A stretch of 32,000 nt of DNA, taken from Candidatus Saccharimonadota bacterium (GTDB lineage: Bacteria; Patescibacteriota; Gracilibacteria; BD1-5; UBA6164). Both the position numbers and the translations under genes were made by a program. The first letter of the stretch is position 1. The number at the start of each line of letters is the position of its first letter. Below, one piece after another: positions 28,759-32,000 of the stretch. The notes beneath the pieces were generated by a model. That model was not told the origin of the DNA, made no database searches, and saw only the letters and a list, made by a program, of their open reading frames with translations. The DNA is taken from contig OZ245922.1 in assembly GCA_965229705.1 (NCBI GenBank), positions 690,001 to 722,000 of the forward strand, in the 5' to 3' direction.

Positions 28759-31077
28759 CTACTCAATAATTATTTTATATACTTCTATCGTATCTTTTTC
28801 TTGTACGTCTTGAACTCATGTAAGTTTGATTCAACATTCTGTGACATCTTGTAAACTCTTAACTTCTTCCACTCACTGCTTAAGTCACTCAATCTTTCCT
28901 TTTCCGATCATCTTATCTCAGCGTATAACACGAACTGAGGCTCAGAGCTCTATACTCACTTCCTCTGAAGTCATCTGAAGTCCTACAATCAAAAACTTCT
29001 TTGATGTATAAAATATTCCTCCAACTCGCGCTTCACACAAAGATATCTCACGCTCTTTGGGATCAAGCATTCCCGTAACTATTTTTTCTATTCTTTCGGT
29101 GATATGGTATATGATCTTGCTTTCAATAAATTCTATCCCTGACTCTTCAAGGACTTTTTTTGCATTTGGATCTACCCCTGTTCCAAAAGCAACAAGTATA
29201 GCCGAACTTCCTCCACACATAAGGATATCTCCCTCTGTAATATTCCCGACTCATGAGTGAATGACACTTACTGATGTTTCTTCTGTAGAGAGCTTCACAA
29301 TAGCATTTTTGATCGCCTCAAGACTCCCGTTTGTATCTGCTTTGAGAACGACTTTGAGATGCTTGAGATTCCCCGACTTGATACGTGACATCAAGATATC
29401 AAGCTGTGAAGACTGAAGTTTTTTCTGATTTGTAAGGTAGTGTGAGTATTCTATAGATTTTGATCGAGCCTTATCGATACTTGGCATCACCTGAACAATA
29501 TCTCATCCCTCAATTACCTTATCAAGTCCTACTACAAGTATTGGTTCTCAAGGAAATCATTTTCTTACTGCTTGTCCAGTATAGTCGCGCATAAGTTTGA
29601 TTTTTCCATATGATGCTCCACACACCATAGCGTCTCCACTATGAATTGTTCCTGTATTAATAAGAAGTGTTGCAACAGGACCAAGTTTTGTATCAAGATG
29701 TGACTCTATCACTGTTGCAACCGCATTTCTCTCAGGGTTTGCACTCAGCTCTTGCATATCAGCAACCAGGAGGATAATCTCTAGCAGTTCATCTATACCA
29801 AACCCTGTATGAGCTGAAACAGGAACCATAGGGGTTTGTCCTCACCAGTCCTCTGGAGTCAGACCTTGTTCTGCGAGTTGTCCTTTTACATGGTCGGGAT
29901 TTGCCCCTTGTTTATCCATCTTATTTATTGCGACAATGATGGGGATATCAGCCTCTCTCGCGTGAGAAATAGACTCAAGTGTCTGGGGTTTAACTCATTC
30001 ATCAGCCGCAACAACAAGTATAGCAATGTCTGTAGATTTTGCTCAACGAGAACGCATGATAGTAAATGCTTCATGACCTGGAGTATCAAGAAAAGTAATT
30101 TTTCTCCCTCCTGACTCTACCTGATAAGCCCCAATACTTTGTGTGATTCATCCAGCTTCCCCATCTGCTACCTTTGCCTGGCGGATATAGTCTAAGAGAG
30201 AGGTTTTCCCATGATCTACATGACCCATGATAGAGATAACTGGTGGGCGAGACTGGAGCTTGGATGTATCTTCTTCTGCGAGAAGTTCTTTAATATTTCC
30301 AGATACTATCTCAGAGGCTGAAATACCTGCAGAAGTGTCTTTTTCAAGTTTTACTTCAAAAGCTTCTGCAATAAGAGAAGCTGTATCAAAATCGATTTTC
30401 GAATTGATTGTCATCATCATCCCATTCTTCATAAACTCCGCAATAAGTTTTGGAAGAGTAACTCAAATCTTTTCAGAAAATTCTTTCAGAGAAAGTACCT
30501 CATGCACTACCACGGTCTCTCACGTACGAGTCGTAAGATTTTGTTCAATATCATTGATGTTTTTTTCTATCTTTTTTTTGTTCTTTATTTTATTTGACCG
30601 AACAAATCACGCGTCTTCATCAATACTATTTTTATGCTTTTGACTCTTTTTTACTGGACTGAGTCGAGATTTTTTTTGCGCCTTTCTTTCATCTTGCCCG
30701 GTAGGAGACTTGAGTGATCATTTCTGAGAAAATCAGGGCTTAAACTTTGGCGCTTTTTTTTCTTGAATTTCTTGTGGAGTATACTCAGGTTCTTTTTCTC
30801 ATAAGACTTTATCTTCATGGTGTTCCTCCTGAGAATGAAGAACTACCTGAAAAGAAGACTTTTTTTCATTTTGTTCTAGTTGCTGATTGAGACTGATAGC
30901 CTGACTATCTCATGATGGAGCTTGTTCTTGTAGAGGAGCTTGCTGAGAAGAGTCTTCTTTCGTAACTTCCACCTTTTTGACCTTCAATTTTTTGCGAATT
31001 TTCAGCTTTTTATCCTCCTTTGGAGCGTCATCATTCGCTGAAGATATACTGCTATAATAATCATCTTTTTGTACCAT
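28759..31077 (-). CDS. infB: Translation initiation factor IF-2
   Basis: 772 aa: [28 protein letters not shown](G)[25 protein letters not shown], and a low-complexity charged N-terminal region. Track fragments 30148-30432, 29557-29829, 29251-29490 and 28942-29220 are in frame. Confidence 0.95.
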
Positions 31078-31290
31078 ATATGCTTGTTTTTGAATTTTTT
31101 GAGTGAAATAAAAACATAGATAAAATATCTCTATAGAGCGAATAGTATGGCTTTTTTATATGAAGTCAAAATTTAGTTTCTCTCGAGAGGTTTTGGAGGT
31201 TTTCTTCGTATTTCTCAAAGTATAAAAAACTTGTAAATACCGCTTTTTTTATTAGTCTTCTTATACTAAAATATTTCCTAGAAAAACTGT

Positions 31291-31782
31291 ATGAATCCTG
31301 AAAGAATAACTGAAATATCTCAAGAGTTTTTTACAAAGCTTGGCGCAGATTTCTCAGAGTTGAGTGTTGCACTTGAAGCTGAAAATATATTTCGGATATC
31401 TCTTAAAAGTGAAGACTCTCATATACTGATTGGTCCTCATGGGAAAAATCTTGATGGCATTACACATATACTCAAAATCTTAGTTCAATGAGAATATGAA
31501 GAGTATATTACCATTCATCTTGAGATAAATGACTACCTCGAAAAAAAAGAGGAAAAACTCCTAAGATATATTCAAGGAAAAATAGATTATGTACAATCAA
31601 GTGGAAAAGAAATCACTCTCCCGTTTTTGAGTGCCTACGAGAGAAAAAAAGTACATTCCTATGTTTCTGAAAAGTGATGAAATGTTTTTACGCAAAGTAT
31701 ATGAGAATGAAAAGAGAGAAGAATACATTTGTGCAAAAAAGATGCAAAAATAACTATAGATATAGACGGAGACGATATTTAG
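31291..31782 (+). CDS. Jag/KhpB-like RNA-binding protein (KH + R3H domains)
   Basis: 163 aa: the KH-like segment ILIGPHGKNLDGITHILKILV and the R3H-like segment ITLPFLSAYERKKVHSYVSEK(GG)NVFTQSI(G)E(G)KERRIHL. Confidence 0.75.
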
Positions 31783-31797
31783 AAAGTAGAGAGACAT

Positions 31798-32000
31798 ATG
31801 AAAAAATATATTTCTGCTTGCCTATTTTTTGTACTGATAAGTTCCACCTTGGTCTTCTTTTATATCAGTCATGGTTTTGGGTATAAAAAGCACAATGAAT
31901 ACGACGCTGTATATATAGAACATCCAGAGTTTCTTCCCCAGTCAGAACAGGCAAATATTGTCAGTTTTGGTTTTCAGAAACTGAGCGCAGATATGTACTG
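31798..32000 (+). CDS. Membrane-anchored hypothetical protein, N-terminal part (runs off window end)
   Basis: MKKYISACLFFVLISSTLVFFYISHGFGYKKHNEYDAVYIEHPEF... It has one N-terminal hydrophobic helix, and the frame is open to position 32000. Confidence 0.5.
   Translation, partial: MKKYISACLFFVLISSTLVFFYISHGFGYKKHNEYDAVYIEHPEFLPQSEQANIVSFGFQKLSADMY

Overview
Gene-dense, low-GC bacterial chromosome segment that is coherent only if TGA is read as glycine (translation table 25, as in Gracilibacteria/Absconditabacteria of the candidate phyla radiation). The supplied standard-code ORFs are fragments. Joining them across TGA restores full-length housekeeping genes, and TGA falls on invariant Gly positions in S12, S7, SufS, IF-2 and RpoA. 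On the minus strand, positions 1-6759 hold a suf Fe-S operon (sufC-sufB-sufA-sufD-sufS-sufU). Three of its junctions carry accessory modules: hicB-hicA, an AbrB-type antitoxin with a RelE/ParE toxin, and a four-helix-bundle (23S-IVS-protein/Avd-like) gene bracketed by a 29-bp perfect inverted repeat. The middle of the window holds rsmH, an ftsL-like gene, recR, a yvcK-like gene and a short alaS. It also holds the main unknown: one uninterrupted 5.4-kb ORF (13253-18652, 1,799 codons, about 64 in-frame TGA, no TAA/TAG) with no domain I can recognise, followed by gyrA and an NTP-transferase/GNAT fusion. Positions 22632-31077 form a 15-gene minus-strand translation cluster (infB, a cNMP-binding protein, infA, rpmJ, rpsM, rpsK, rpsD, rpoA, rplQ, rplM, rpsI, rpsL, rpsG, rpmA, tRNA-Thr) with unusual synteny. 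A jag/khpB-like gene and a partial membrane protein close the window. No rRNA, CRISPR array, transposase or integrase was seen. All coordinates and translations were derived by hand, and no database search was possible.
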